Positions 17,256 through 26,137 are shown, counted from the stretch's first letter. The stretch is DNA of 64,000 nt from an uncultured Eubacteriales bacterium (GCA_948968885.1 CAREUR010000001.1:9026-73025); one strand, 5' to 3'. Translations and numbers: made by a program. Notes: generated by a model from the letters alone, not told the origin.

Positions 17256-18617
17256 TCAAAACTTAAATTTGCCAAGACCACCAAAACCAGGCATCCCAGC
17301 CATTCCCGGGAACCGCTTCTTACCCTTGCTGCCAGAAAATTGCTTCATCATCTTTTGCATCTGTTCAAACCGCCGAAGTAAAGAGTTAACATCCTCCACC
17401 TTCAATCCGCATCCCGTTGCAATACGCCTTTTCCTCGAAGCATTGATAATCTCCGGCTTGCTGCGCTCTTTCTTAGTCATGGACAAAATAATCGCGCAAA
17501 GCCTGTCAACCTGCCTGTCGTCGACGTCCGCATCCTTAACCTTCTGCGAAAGCCCCGGAATCTTCAAAAGTATCGACTTTAAAGAGCCCATATTCTTAAT
17601 CTGGCTCATCTGGTCCAGCAAATCGTTCAAATCGAACTTGTTTTTAACCAGCTTTTCAGCCATTCGCTCGGCCTTTTGCTGGTCGAGCTTGCTTTCGGCC
17701 TCTTCTATCAACGAGAGCATGTCGCCCATTCCCAAGATCCGCGAAGCCATCCGCTCCGGGTAAAACTCCTCCAAGTCCGTAAGTTTTTCTCCCGTGCCAA
17801 CAAATTTTATCGGCTTTCCAGTAACCTTTCTTACCGAAAGTGCCGCGCCTCCGCGGGTGTCTCCATCTAGCTTCGTCAAGATCACGCCCGTAATCGCCAA
17901 TAAATCGTCAAACGACTTTGCCACATTAACGGCATCTTGACCCGTCATCGCGTCCACAACCAGCAAAATCTCGGCCGGCTCAACTTCTTGCTTTACCCGC
18001 TTAAGCTCCGCCATCAGTTGTTCGTCCACGTGCAGTCTGCCCGCTGTGTCTAAAATTACGATATCATTTCCGTGATCTTTTGCGTGTTTAACGGCCTCTT
18101 TTGCGATTTTAACTGGGTCCCCTTCGCCCATTTCAAAAACCGGAACGTCAATTTTCTCCGCAACAACCTGCAACTGCTTAATCGCAGCCGGTCGGTATAC
18201 GTCGCAAGCCACCAGCAACGGGCGATGTCCCTTCTTTTTTTGAGCCAATGCCAACTTCCCAGAATGCGTGGTTTTTCCGGACCCCTGCAGTCCGCACATC
18301 ATAACTACCGTAGGCGGCACCGAGCTAGTTTCCAAGCGGCTCTGCGCAGACCCCATCAGCTCGACTAATTCCTCATTAACGATCTTGACCACCATCTGCG
18401 CCGGCGTCAGGCTCTGCATAACTTCCTCGCCCACCGCGCGCTGAGTCACTTTGTCCGTGAACTCTTTTGCGACCTTATAGTTTACGTCCGCCTCCAAAAG
18501 CGCCAGCCGGACTTCTCGCATGGAGTCTTTGACGTCCTTTTCAGAGAGCTTGCCCTTGCCGCGAAGCCTCTTAAAAGTAGACATCAATTTTTCAGAAAGC
18601 CCCTCAAAAGGCACCAA
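17256..18617 (-). CDS. ffh: signal recognition particle protein Ffh
   Basis: GTPase motifs GLQGSGKTT, DTAGR and TKLDGD, plus a Met-rich M domain at the C-terminus. The GTG start follows GGGGGTGG. Confidence 0.97.
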   Translation of the reverse strand: MVPFEGLSEKLMSTFKRLRGKGKLSEKDVKDSMREVRLALLEADVNYKVAKEFTDKVTQRAVGEEVMQSLTPAQMVVKIVNEELVELMGSAQSRLETSSVPPTVVMMCGLQGSGKTTHSGKLALAQKKKGHRPLLVACDVYRPAAIKQLQVVAEKIDVPVFEMGEGDPVKIAKEAVKHAKDHGNDIVILDTAGRLHVDEQLMAELKRVKQEVEPAEILLVVDAMTGQDAVNVAKSFDDLLAITGVILTKLDGDTRGGAALSVRKVTGKPIKFVGTGEKLTDLEEFYPERMASRILGMGDMLSLIEEAESKLDQQKAERMAEKLVKNKFDLNDLLDQMSQIKNMGSLKSILLKIPGLSQKVKDADVDDRQVDRLCAIILSMTKKERSKPEIINASRKRRIATGCGLKVEDVNSLLRRFEQMQKMMKQFSGSKGKKRFPGMAGMPGFGGLGKFKF

Positions 18618-18625
18618 ACCACCCC

Positions 18626-18988
18626 CTACTGCTCTTTATATATAGAATCCGCCGCATTCTTAATGGCCTTTGCGATTTCATAAACCTCATTAATCCGCGC
18701 GCCAGAAAGGTTCTGCAATTTTCTCGCATTCTCTATTATTGTTTGCAAGTTTTTTTCGATTCTAGAAAATTTCAGTGCAAGATGCAACTTCTTTTCCAGC
18801 TCAAACAGCTGCGCTTCGGCCTTTTTTATAGTGTCTCGAACACCCTGACGGGTTATCCCCAAGTTTTCGCCAATCTCCGACAAAGAAAGGTCCTCATTAT
18901 AGTACCAGCCCAGAACCTTCTTTTGGTTCTCGGTTAAAAGGTCCGCGTAAAAATCCAGCAGAGTCGAAACTTCCAGGTTTTTATCCAC
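18626..18988 (-). CDS. ylxM: YlxM/UPF0122 putative DNA-binding protein
   Basis: Sigma-70 region-4-like HTH (LSLSEIGENLGITRQGVRDTIKKA), located upstream of ffh. GTG 18988 lies after GAGGTGGCTTTT; the alternative ATG 19012 has no RBS. Confidence 0.85.
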   Translation of the reverse strand: MDKNLEVSTLLDFYADLLTENQKKVLGWYYNEDLSLSEIGENLGITRQGVRDTIKKAEAQLFELEKKLHLALKFSRIEKNLQTIIENARKLQNLSGARINEVYEIAKAIKNAADSIYKEQ

Positions 18989-19038
18989 AAAAGCCACCTC
19001 AAGCCAAGGCATCTGTAAAGCTATTTCACTTTACAACT

Positions 19039-19067
19039 ATTTTAACTCATCACGTTCAATTTGTCAA
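19039..19067 (-). promoter_or_regulatory. sigma-A-like promoter for ylxM-ffh (TTGACA-17-TAAAAT)
   Basis: On the minus strand, TTGACA is at 19067-19062 and TAAAAT at 19044-19039. Confidence 0.5.
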
Positions 19068-19075
19068 GCCCAAAA

Positions 19076-19112
19076 TCAAAAAAAATACCACACCTGCAAA
19101 CTTCCGATGTGG
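19076..19112 (-). terminator. intrinsic terminator of the small minus-strand unit upstream of ylxM
   Basis: Minus strand: CCACATC (19112-19106) pairs with GGTGTGG (19094-19088), 7 bp with one G-U pair and an 11-nt loop. It is followed by TATTTTTTTTGATTTTG. Confidence 0.5.
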
Positions 19113-19225
19113 CATTAAATTACACTCAAAAATCAATTTTGTTTTCAAAAAGAATATCAAATAAAACATAAAAATAGCTTGCAAAAATTGAATCCCTCAG
19201 CCCGCGGCCCTTTTACAGTCAAAAG

Positions 19226-19381
19226 TCACTTTGGCTGCGATAACACCGTCCTCAACAAGTCTATGTTCTTGGACAAATTTTCGTTTAAAACTTCTTCTAC
19301 CGGTCTTTTCAAAAACTGCGATAAATTCTCATAAAATTCAGAAGCCTCATCATTCAAAACAATTCTGTATTCTTTTATAAT
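19226..19381 (-). CDS. ribbon-helix-helix-like micro-ORF (about 50 aa) lacking a canonical start codon; possibly non-AUG-initiated or start-codon-dead
   Basis: The frame is open from 19390 to TGA at 19228-19226 and reads (I)(I)KEYRIVLNDEASEFYENLSQFLKRPVEEVLNENLSKNIDLLRTVLSQPK. An SD (AAGAGGGTGA) is followed by ATT (19381) and ATA (19378). It is not in the ORF track. Confidence 0.3.
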   Translation of the reverse strand: MIKEYRIVLNDEASEFYENLSQFLKRPVEEVLNENLSKNIDLLRTVLSQPK

Positions 19382-19451
19382 ATCACCCTCTTATTAACTT
19401 TTTGATATCAATAATGAATATTGTTAAGAAATCGATGTGTAATATAATCTT

Positions 19452-19480
19452 ATAATAGAGGATTGTGAATATTTTGTCAA
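19452..19480 (-). promoter_or_regulatory. sigma-A-like promoter for the minus-strand micro-ORF (TTGACA-17-TATTAT)
   Basis: On the minus strand, TTGACA is at 19480-19475 and TATTAT at 19457-19452. It lies back to back with a plus-strand TTGTTA(19421)-16-TATAAT(19443-19448). Confidence 0.45.
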
Positions 19481-19563
19481 AAAATATCGAAAATAATTTT
19501 ATTTTTAAGCTTAATCATTTTCGTGTTTTGCCACAAAATCGAGTGTAAAGGGGTTTTGTTTTT

Positions 19564-19737
19564 ATGCTAAAATTTATTCCTAAGCCAGAAAAAAATGAGG
19601 TCATTTGCATCCGGATCGACTCCGAAAAGCTCAAGTTTATCGACACCATTGCGAACAAAAATAACATGAGCCGTAACAAATTTATTGGTCAATGCATCGA
19701 CTTTGCCTTACAAAACCTGGAGTCTCCCCCCTCCTGA
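19564..19737 (+). CDS. ribbon-helix-helix (CopG/Arc-like) small DNA-binding protein, 57 aa
   Basis: ATG 19564 lies 10 nt after AAAGGGG. The product is MLKFIPKPEKNEVICIRIDSEKLKFIDTIANKNNMSRNKFIGQCIDFALQNLESPPS, with a strand-helix-helix layout. It is below the track length cut-off. Confidence 0.55.
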   Translation: MLKFIPKPEKNEVICIRIDSEKLKFIDTIANKNNMSRNKFIGQCIDFALQNLESPPS

Positions 19738-19777
19738 CCCTCGAATTGCGATTAAATTTGGCTTCCTCGGTATTATT

Positions 19778-20530
19778 TTAATTTACCACAAGTTTATTAT
19801 AAAAGTCCAGCGTCTTCAAATTTTTCTCCAAACACCGCAGCAGGTAGGCCTCCGTAATTGCCGAGAGTTCACTTTGGCTTTGCGTAGCCAGTTCAAACGC
19901 AAACATCTTGTTAAACTCCGAGTACACCGTGTGCCGCAGCGCATGCAGGACGCTGTCCGTTAATTTGAACTTCGCAAAATTATAATTTCCAATGCATTCG
20001 CTACAAATAATCCCATTCGCATCGGGCACAAAATAGAAGTCTTTGCTGCCAGCCCCTTCGCAGTGCACACAGGCAACCAAATTAGGCATATAGCCTGACA
20101 TCGCTAGGAGTCTCATCTCAAAAACAGATTTCAACAGCTTATCAGAAATCTTCCCCTCCGACAAGTAATGCAAAGAATTCAAACAAAGTCGCAAAATATC
20201 CTCGGTATGACGCTGTCCTTCAGCAACCAAGTTCAAAATCAGGTCGCAAAAATACTGCGCCAGCGCCAATTTCCCTATATCACTCCTCAGGCCCCAAAAC
20301 GACTTTCTCGCACTCGCCTCGTTGATTATGCATTTATCCCTGCCCTTAAAAATCACAAAGTCCGAATAGCAGAACTGTTGCGTTGCAGAAAAATTTTTGT
20401 TTTTCACATTCTTAACACCCCGTGCAAACGCGCGGATAATCCCATACTTTCTCGTCAAAATCGTAACCAGTTTGTCATTCTCCGGCATCGGCTTCTCCAG
20501 AACTACCAGCCCGTCGGTATTAATCTGCAT
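19778..20530 (-). CDS. recO: DNA repair protein RecO
   Basis: 250 aa. N-terminal OB fold (GLVVLEKPMPENDKLVTILTRKYG) and zinc motif (CVHC...CSEC). It lies downstream of era as in Bacillus. Confidence 0.93.
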   Translation of the reverse strand: MQINTDGLVVLEKPMPENDKLVTILTRKYGIIRAFARGVKNVKNKNFSATQQFCYSDFVIFKGRDKCIINEASARKSFWGLRSDIGKLALAQYFCDLILNLVAEGQRHTEDILRLCLNSLHYLSEGKISDKLLKSVFEMRLLAMSGYMPNLVACVHCEGAGSKDFYFVPDANGIICSECIGNYNFAKFKLTDSVLHALRHTVYSEFNKMFAFELATQSQSELSAITEAYLLRCLEKNLKTLDFYNKLVVN

Positions 20531-20599
20531 TTTAACAGCTCCCTTGCCTCAATGCTTCCATATAATCACAAACAAAACGGATGGCCAAACCATCCGCTT

Positions 20600-21514
20600 T
20601 TACATATCCAACGCCTTTTCATCAAAGCCAAAATTTTTCAAAAGCTCGGCTCTGTTGCGCCAATCTTCCTTCACTTTAACCCAAATCTGCAAATTAACAT
20701 TAACACCAAAAAAATTCTCGATCTCAGCCCTAGCCTGACTGCCAATCTCTTTGAGCATATCGCCATGCTTGCCAATTAAAATGCCCTTATGCGTAGCTTT
20801 TTCGCAATATATAGTTGCATCAATGTCCATCAAACGGCCATCTTCGCGCTCCGGCATTTTCTCTACATGAACTGCCACACCATGCGGGACTTCTTCCCTA
20901 GTAACGCGCAAGATCTTCTCACGAATAACCTCGGCAACAAGCACAGATTCCGGCTGATCAGTCAAAGCATCTTCCGGAAAAAAATGCCCCTCGCAAACAG
21001 CAAATTTTTTTAACTCATCTAATAAATCCTCAAGCCCATCGCCAGTTTTAGCGGATATCGGTACAACTGCCACGCAATCAATCATCGACGATACCTCTGA
21101 AATTTGCCTCATCAAAACAGATTTATCTTTCAAAAGATCAATCTTATTTATCGCCAAAATTACCGGTACTTTCAAGGTTTTCAAACTTTTAATCAATTTA
21201 ACTTCGGCAGGCTTTAAATTATTCTTCCCCGCCGCAACTACCAAAAGGCACGCATCAACCGATGCTATCGAGCTTCTTACTGATTTCTCCATATACTGTC
21301 CCAACCTGGTCTTAGGCTCGTGCGTCCCCGGGGTATCTATAAAAACAAGCTGAGTCTCGCCCTTTGTCAAGACGCCCATTATCCGATTTCGGGTGGTCTG
21401 CGGTTTTGCCGAAACAATCGAGACCTTTTGCCCAATCAACGCATTCAATATAGAAGACTTGCCAACATTCGGAACCCCCACAATTGCAGCAAACGCCGAT
21501 TTCTTCCCCATCAA
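20600..21514 (-). CDS. era: GTPase Era
   Basis: G1 GVPNVGKSS, G3 DTPG, G4 NKID, and a C-terminal KH domain. Confidence 0.96.
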   Translation of the reverse strand: MMGKKSAFAAIVGVPNVGKSSILNALIGQKVSIVSAKPQTTRNRIMGVLTKGETQLVFIDTPGTHEPKTRLGQYMEKSVRSSIASVDACLLVVAAGKNNLKPAEVKLIKSLKTLKVPVILAINKIDLLKDKSVLMRQISEVSSMIDCVAVVPISAKTGDGLEDLLDELKKFAVCEGHFFPEDALTDQPESVLVAEVIREKILRVTREEVPHGVAVHVEKMPEREDGRLMDIDATIYCEKATHKGILIGKHGDMLKEIGSQARAEIENFFGVNVNLQIWVKVKEDWRNRAELLKNFGFDEKALDM

Positions 21515-21550
21515 CAGAGTTCCTTCCTCGTCAATTTATATGGATGTAAA

Positions 21551-22051
21551 TTACTTACTGTAATAATACGAAACTCCGCCAACGAATCCCATTTTTGCCA
21601 TGATCAGCTCTTCTTTGTCACGCATTTTAACTTTTTCGATTCCGCCTTTTTCATGGACATATCCAAGCAAGTGCAAAATGCCGTGGACAGTAAGATGTGC
21701 AACCTCTTTTTGCAAATTATGCCCATATTTCTGGGCTTGCTCCTCGGCTTTCTCTAATGAAATTACAATATCTCCCAAAAGCTTTGCGCCAGTAGCTGGA
21801 TCCGTATCGTAATTGCCGTCCTTGCCCATAGGAAAAGACAAAACGTCCGTCGGGATATTTTTTTGCCGATATTTATTGTTTAATTCTTTAATCTGCTCGT
21901 TGTTTACAAAAGACACGCTCACTTCTGCCGAACCTTCAAACTCTTCCGTGCGCAAAACCGCATTGCAACAGCGGCGAACAATCATACGCAAACCTGTTGG
22001 AACTTTAACTTCTTTTTGCTTGTTGTTAATAATTACTTTGATCTTATCCAT
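21551..22051 (-). CDS. ybeY: rRNA maturation endoribonuclease YbeY
   Basis: Zinc motif HGILHLLGYVH. 166 aa. Confidence 0.94.
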   Translation of the reverse strand: MDKIKVIINNKQKEVKVPTGLRMIVRRCCNAVLRTEEFEGSAEVSVSFVNNEQIKELNNKYRQKNIPTDVLSFPMGKDGNYDTDPATGAKLLGDIVISLEKAEEQAQKYGHNLQKEVAHLTVHGILHLLGYVHEKGGIEKVKMRDKEELIMAKMGFVGGVSYYYSK

Positions 22052-22516
22052 ACAAAAACTCGCTTACCCTTCTGCATAAACACCACGTTACGTATCAAGA
22101 AACAAGTAACATAAAGCTAAGGCAAACTTAACCTCCCTACAATTACTATAAAAAATATAAAGTCACAAGCTGCCAAAAGCCTAAAAACAGCATTTTTCAA
22201 GCATTCTTTACTTATAATATATAAAACTTAAAATTTATTTCTCACACACTTTGTTGTATATTAAAAAGGTTCAGTACATATCAACATTCAAAATCTCTAC
22301 AGCTCTATCAAACCCTATCAAACAGTTAACTTAGTGCTAAAAGACAAATTTTTCATTTTAAACAGGCTATAAACTTATATTTTTTACAAATTTACAAATC
22401 AAATTTAGTTTATTATATCACAAAAAATAGTAGATGTCATTAAAAAAAGGAAATTTTTTTATTTTTGTAACAAGTCACAATATTTTGCTATAATCTCACT
22501 TTGTTTTTGCTGTTTT

Positions 22517-23698
22517 TTACTCCTCTATTTTGATTTCCTCCTTTTGCGCGATGTTTTCCTCGCAGGTGTAGTCGGCTGTTACCAACGCCTTACCGCTTAT
22601 CAGCCTCTCCACCTTGTGCTTGCTTATTATTTTTGCCTCGCCCAGCTCCGATTGTTCCTGCTTTTCTAGCTCTTCGTTGGCCTTCTGCAGCGCCTCCTCT
22701 TGCGAGAGCCTCACTTCTTTTTCTGCCACCTGCGTCCAGACTTCTTTGTAATAGCTTGCAGGTAGCGAGACTCCCCAAAAACTGACGTCGCTCACCTGCA
22801 CAGTCTTCTCAAAATCCCCACCTGGCTGCGATGTCAGCGTCAGTGGCAGCTCTATCCCAAACAGTTTTAGCCTTTTGCGAGTCACCTTCTTGCCGGTGCT
22901 TTGTTTTTCCCTTTGGCAGAGCTCCACTTCGGCCTTTAGTTCGCGCTTTGTTAGGGCATAGACCTTCGCCTCGGCATGTTTTATGGTGCATGCACCAAAG
23001 TCGTCCTCCACTATTCCGCTCACCAGCAGCTGTCCTGTTGTTGCCGCATCCCCCAACTTCACCTCTGGCGTGCCTTCGTAAACCTCCATCCTTGTGATTT
23101 GCCCGTCTTTGCTTGCTTTTATGTTGCACGGAGCCGTTTTTGGAATTAGCGATGGCGGCTCTACTCGCTCTTTTAGCTCAAAGCTGAGCGTGCTGCCCTT
23201 TACGTTGACCGACGCCCACGCTATATTGCTAAAATTCTTCATTATGGTCTTCTCGATCATCGGTGTGTCCAGCTCGCTCTTTAACGTTCCCGCGCAGACG
23301 CCAAGTTCGCTTATCAGACCGGTGAGCTCGGCCTTGTCTATGGTCTCGGCGCCCTTTATGTCTATGGACCATATGTAGAGCGACAAAAAATGCAGGCTCA
23401 GCGCAAAGCAGACGAGCCCCACAAATAGGCCTTTTCTCTTTTTGTACCGCTTCAAAATAAACGGCAAGCCCTGTTTTTGCTGGATTCTTATTTTTATGCA
23501 CGATTTTTTTGCAATTCTTCTGAGCGCTTTATATTCGGACGCCGCCACCGAGCACCGCAGTTCCTCTTTGTCTCTGCACTTTTTTATATTAAAGAGCCCG
23601 ACTCCGGCCTTTGCAGCTAGGTTTATGAATCTTTCTGGCCCCTTGCCCGCCGCTATGAAGGTAACGTAGCCCCAAAAAAACCTTATTATTTTGAGCAA
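22517..23698 (-). CDS. yqfD: sporulation protein YqfD
   Basis: N-terminus GYVTFIAAGKGPERFINL, a central TM and a C-terminal domain of about 390 aa, located immediately downstream of yqfC. TTG 23698 follows AGAGGTGGGGCAA; the track GTG 23707 lies inside the SD. Confidence 0.88.
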   Translation of the reverse strand: MLKIIRFFWGYVTFIAAGKGPERFINLAAKAGVGLFNIKKCRDKEELRCSVAASEYKALRRIAKKSCIKIRIQQKQGLPFILKRYKKRKGLFVGLVCFALSLHFLSLYIWSIDIKGAETIDKAELTGLISELGVCAGTLKSELDTPMIEKTIMKNFSNIAWASVNVKGSTLSFELKERVEPPSLIPKTAPCNIKASKDGQITRMEVYEGTPEVKLGDAATTGQLLVSGIVEDDFGACTIKHAEAKVYALTKRELKAEVELCQREKQSTGKKVTRKRLKLFGIELPLTLTSQPGGDFEKTVQVSDVSFWGVSLPASYYKEVWTQVAEKEVRLSQEEALQKANEELEKQEQSELGEAKIISKHKVERLISGKALVTADYTCEENIAQKEEIKIEE

Positions 23699-23711
23699 TT
23701 GCCCCACCTCT

Positions 23712-24011
23712 CTACGTTATAAACTCTATCGATTTTATGAAGCCCTCCACTATTAACGAGTCTGCCGTGAGGCATTTTATGGCCAAATTCCGGCCCAAAA
23801 ACGACGTCACCATGTTGCCGGTATTGATCCTTATTATATTCTCGTCGTACTGAAGGATCCCCTTGCAGCCTTCTATCGAGACTTCGCGGTTTGAGTTCAT
23901 CTCAAAATGAGTGCAATTCGGCATGGCTCCTGCCGGCATTTGCATCTTGCTGGCCACTGTCTGCAGCCTTTCTATGTTTTTGCCCTTTTTCCGCACGCTG
24001 ATCCCCTCCAC
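23712..24011 (-). CDS. yqfC: sporulation protein YqfC
   Basis: 99 aa with the YabP/YqfC-like motif IEGCKGILQYDENIIRINTG. It is paired with yqfD. Confidence 0.8.
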   Translation of the reverse strand: MEGISVRKKGKNIERLQTVASKMQMPAGAMPNCTHFEMNSNREVSIEGCKGILQYDENIIRINTGNMVTSFLGRNLAIKCLTADSLIVEGFIKSIEFIT

Positions 24012-24117
24012 ATCGCCCTTGGCTTTGTTCTCGTTTTTACTGCCACTACCATAAATTATGCTCGCAGTTCAATAAAAATCACAAGCCACATATATATTAG
24101 TTGGAGGTGCTTTTACT

Positions 24118-25311
24118 ATGCCCAATTTTCTTTTAAAGAAATTTCGCCGAGTTCGCATAAACGCCGGCCTCATCAAGGACGCACTCTTGTTCTCGTTTAT
24201 AATATTTTTGTGCGTAATAATTCTCTGCATGCCGCAGGCCTCGGCTGCTGGCGTTAAACTGGGGTTGCGATTCTGCACAAACACGCTGGTGCCCGCGCTT
24301 TTCCCGTTTATGGTGCTTTCCTCTTTGGTCGTTAAAACCGGGATGTCCGAAAAAATCGGCAAAGTGCTGGCTCCCGTCGTTAAGGTTTTGTTTCGACTGC
24401 CACCCAGCACCGCCGCTACCATTCTGCTGAGCTTTGTTGGTGGCTACCCTTCCGGCGCCATCGGCGTTAATGAGCTTTACCGCCAGGGCAAAATCTCTCG
24501 CGCCCAGGCCGAGCAGATGCTTCTATTCACCGTCTGCGCTGGGCCCGCCTTCATCCTAAACGCGGTCTGCTCCGGCTTTGCCAACAACGCCATCATTGGC
24601 CCGATTATGCTTGCTTCTCACATTATCTCCGCCTCGATTTTGGGCATCGTTGCTGGGTTTCTTTACTCTCCCTCGAAAATTATTGGCTCTGCACCGGATA
24701 TCTGCCGCCAAAATTTTTCTTATGCTATGGTTGGAGCCTGTCTGGACGCCGCCCACGCGACTTTTAATATGTGCTCTTTTGTGATTCTGTTTTCGGCCCT
24801 TTTGAGCATTCTCAATCAGTCGCACATTTTCAGCTCAATTTTCAAAATTCTTGATTTTTTCGGCGTCCCACCGGCAATAATAAATATTATGCTCCCAGCG
24901 GCGCTCGAAGTCACCAACGGCTGCTCGGCCATATTAAAAAACCGCGCTCCCACCGAGCTTCTTGCCTTTGCTCTCAGTTGGGCTGGAGTTTGCGTGCATT
25001 TTCAGATTTTTTCCATCGCCGAATCTATTAATTTCTCCAAACTAAAATTCATCTTCTTTCGCGCCACACATGGGCTCTTGGCCGCCGTTATATCGCACTT
25101 TCTGTTCTCTACCTTCAGCGCGCGCTCTGCCTTTGCCACCATTACGCGGATTTCCTCTTCTAGCGTTGCCGAGGGTTACGTCTCCAAGGGCAGCGTCGCG
25201 CTTATTGCGCTGTGCGTTATCTTCCTGCTCACCGCAAATCCTAGAACGACTCGGGGGGTTCGTTTTGAAAAACCTAAAAAAAGAAGGCTTAATCACGTTT
25301 TCAAAAAGTAA
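24118..25311 (+). CDS. ylbJ: sporulation integral membrane protein YlbJ (nucleoside-recognition/Gate domain)
   Basis: 397-aa polytopic protein with RBS GGAGGTG 8 nt upstream. Size and LLSFVGGYPSGA-type motifs fit YlbJ. Confidence 0.85.
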   Translation: MPNFLLKKFRRVRINAGLIKDALLFSFIIFLCVIILCMPQASAAGVKLGLRFCTNTLVPALFPFMVLSSLVVKTGMSEKIGKVLAPVVKVLFRLPPSTAATILLSFVGGYPSGAIGVNELYRQGKISRAQAEQMLLFTVCAGPAFILNAVCSGFANNAIIGPIMLASHIISASILGIVAGFLYSPSKIIGSAPDICRQNFSYAMVGACLDAAHATFNMCSFVILFSALLSILNQSHIFSSIFKILDFFGVPPAIINIMLPAALEVTNGCSAILKNRAPTELLAFALSWAGVCVHFQIFSIAESINFSKLKFIFFRATHGLLAAVISHFLFSTFSARSAFATITRISSSSVAEGYVSKGSVALIALCVIFLLTANPRTTRGVRFEKPKKRRLNHVFKK

Positions 25312-26137
25312 CTTCAAGGCCTTGCTGGCGGTCTCTGCAATAAAATTTTTCTCAAAACTGCTGCTAACCCTCCTGGCCTTCCTGGCGGTCTACTCCCTCT
25401 TCGACTACACATTCACCGCCAACGGCTTCTTCACTTCGTTTCTAAAGCCCATCTCTGCGGCCAAAAATTTAAACTCAGTCCCGCTAAGCGCCATTCTGCT
25501 GGCACTTTGGGCGTACACATTCGTCATGCTCCTCCCGCTAGACCTGGGCTTTTACCTGTGGTTCTCTCAAATAGAGCCCGACATCACGCCGCCCCCGCTG
25601 CTACTTATATTTTTCTATTACAAAAATTTAAGCCTCGTCATCAGAGCAATATCCTTCCAGTTCGCCATTTTACTTAGATCCGTATTAAAATTTATCCTTT
25701 ACATTGGTCCCGCAGCAGGAACTTTCATATTTCTATGCCTAAACATCCGCACCTTTTCGCCAGAATCCCAGCTTCTTTTCAGAATTTTCATACTAATTGC
25801 GGCGTTCGCAGCCTTTGCCGAAGCCCTCCTCTTCATCCGGTCCCAGATTCTTCGCGCCTTCACCAAATTCATCTTCGTTCTCAACGACTCTCAAAACGTC
25901 TTCAAAACTCTCAAAAGCTCGGCGTTTCTAACTCGAAACAGCAGCAAAAGCCTCATAAAATTTATCCTCTCCTTCTGGCCATACGCGATTCTCAGCTTCT
26001 TCATCGTGACTATTCCACTCGCGCGCGCCTATTTTCTGTTCCGGCTTGGCATTTTTACAAAAAAAATTATCTATAACCAAAATCAAGGGATCATTGCGAT
26101 CCCTCTCAGTCAAAAAGTTATAGATATAAATTTATAA
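25265..26137 (+). CDS. polytopic membrane protein, function unknown
   Basis: TTG 25265 lies 6 nt after GGGGGG and overlaps the ylbJ 3' end. There are about 6 hydrophobic segments. The track start 25070 lies deep inside ylbJ. Confidence 0.6.
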   Translation: MKNLKKEGLITFSKSNFKALLAVSAIKFFSKLLLTLLAFLAVYSLFDYTFTANGFFTSFLKPISAAKNLNSVPLSAILLALWAYTFVMLLPLDLGFYLWFSQIEPDITPPPLLLIFFYYKNLSLVIRAISFQFAILLRSVLKFILYIGPAAGTFIFLCLNIRTFSPESQLLFRIFILIAAFAAFAEALLFIRSQILRAFTKFIFVLNDSQNVFKTLKSSAFLTRNSSKSLIKFILSFWPYAILSFFIVTIPLARAYFLFRLGIFTKKIIYNQNQGIIAIPLSQKVIDINL

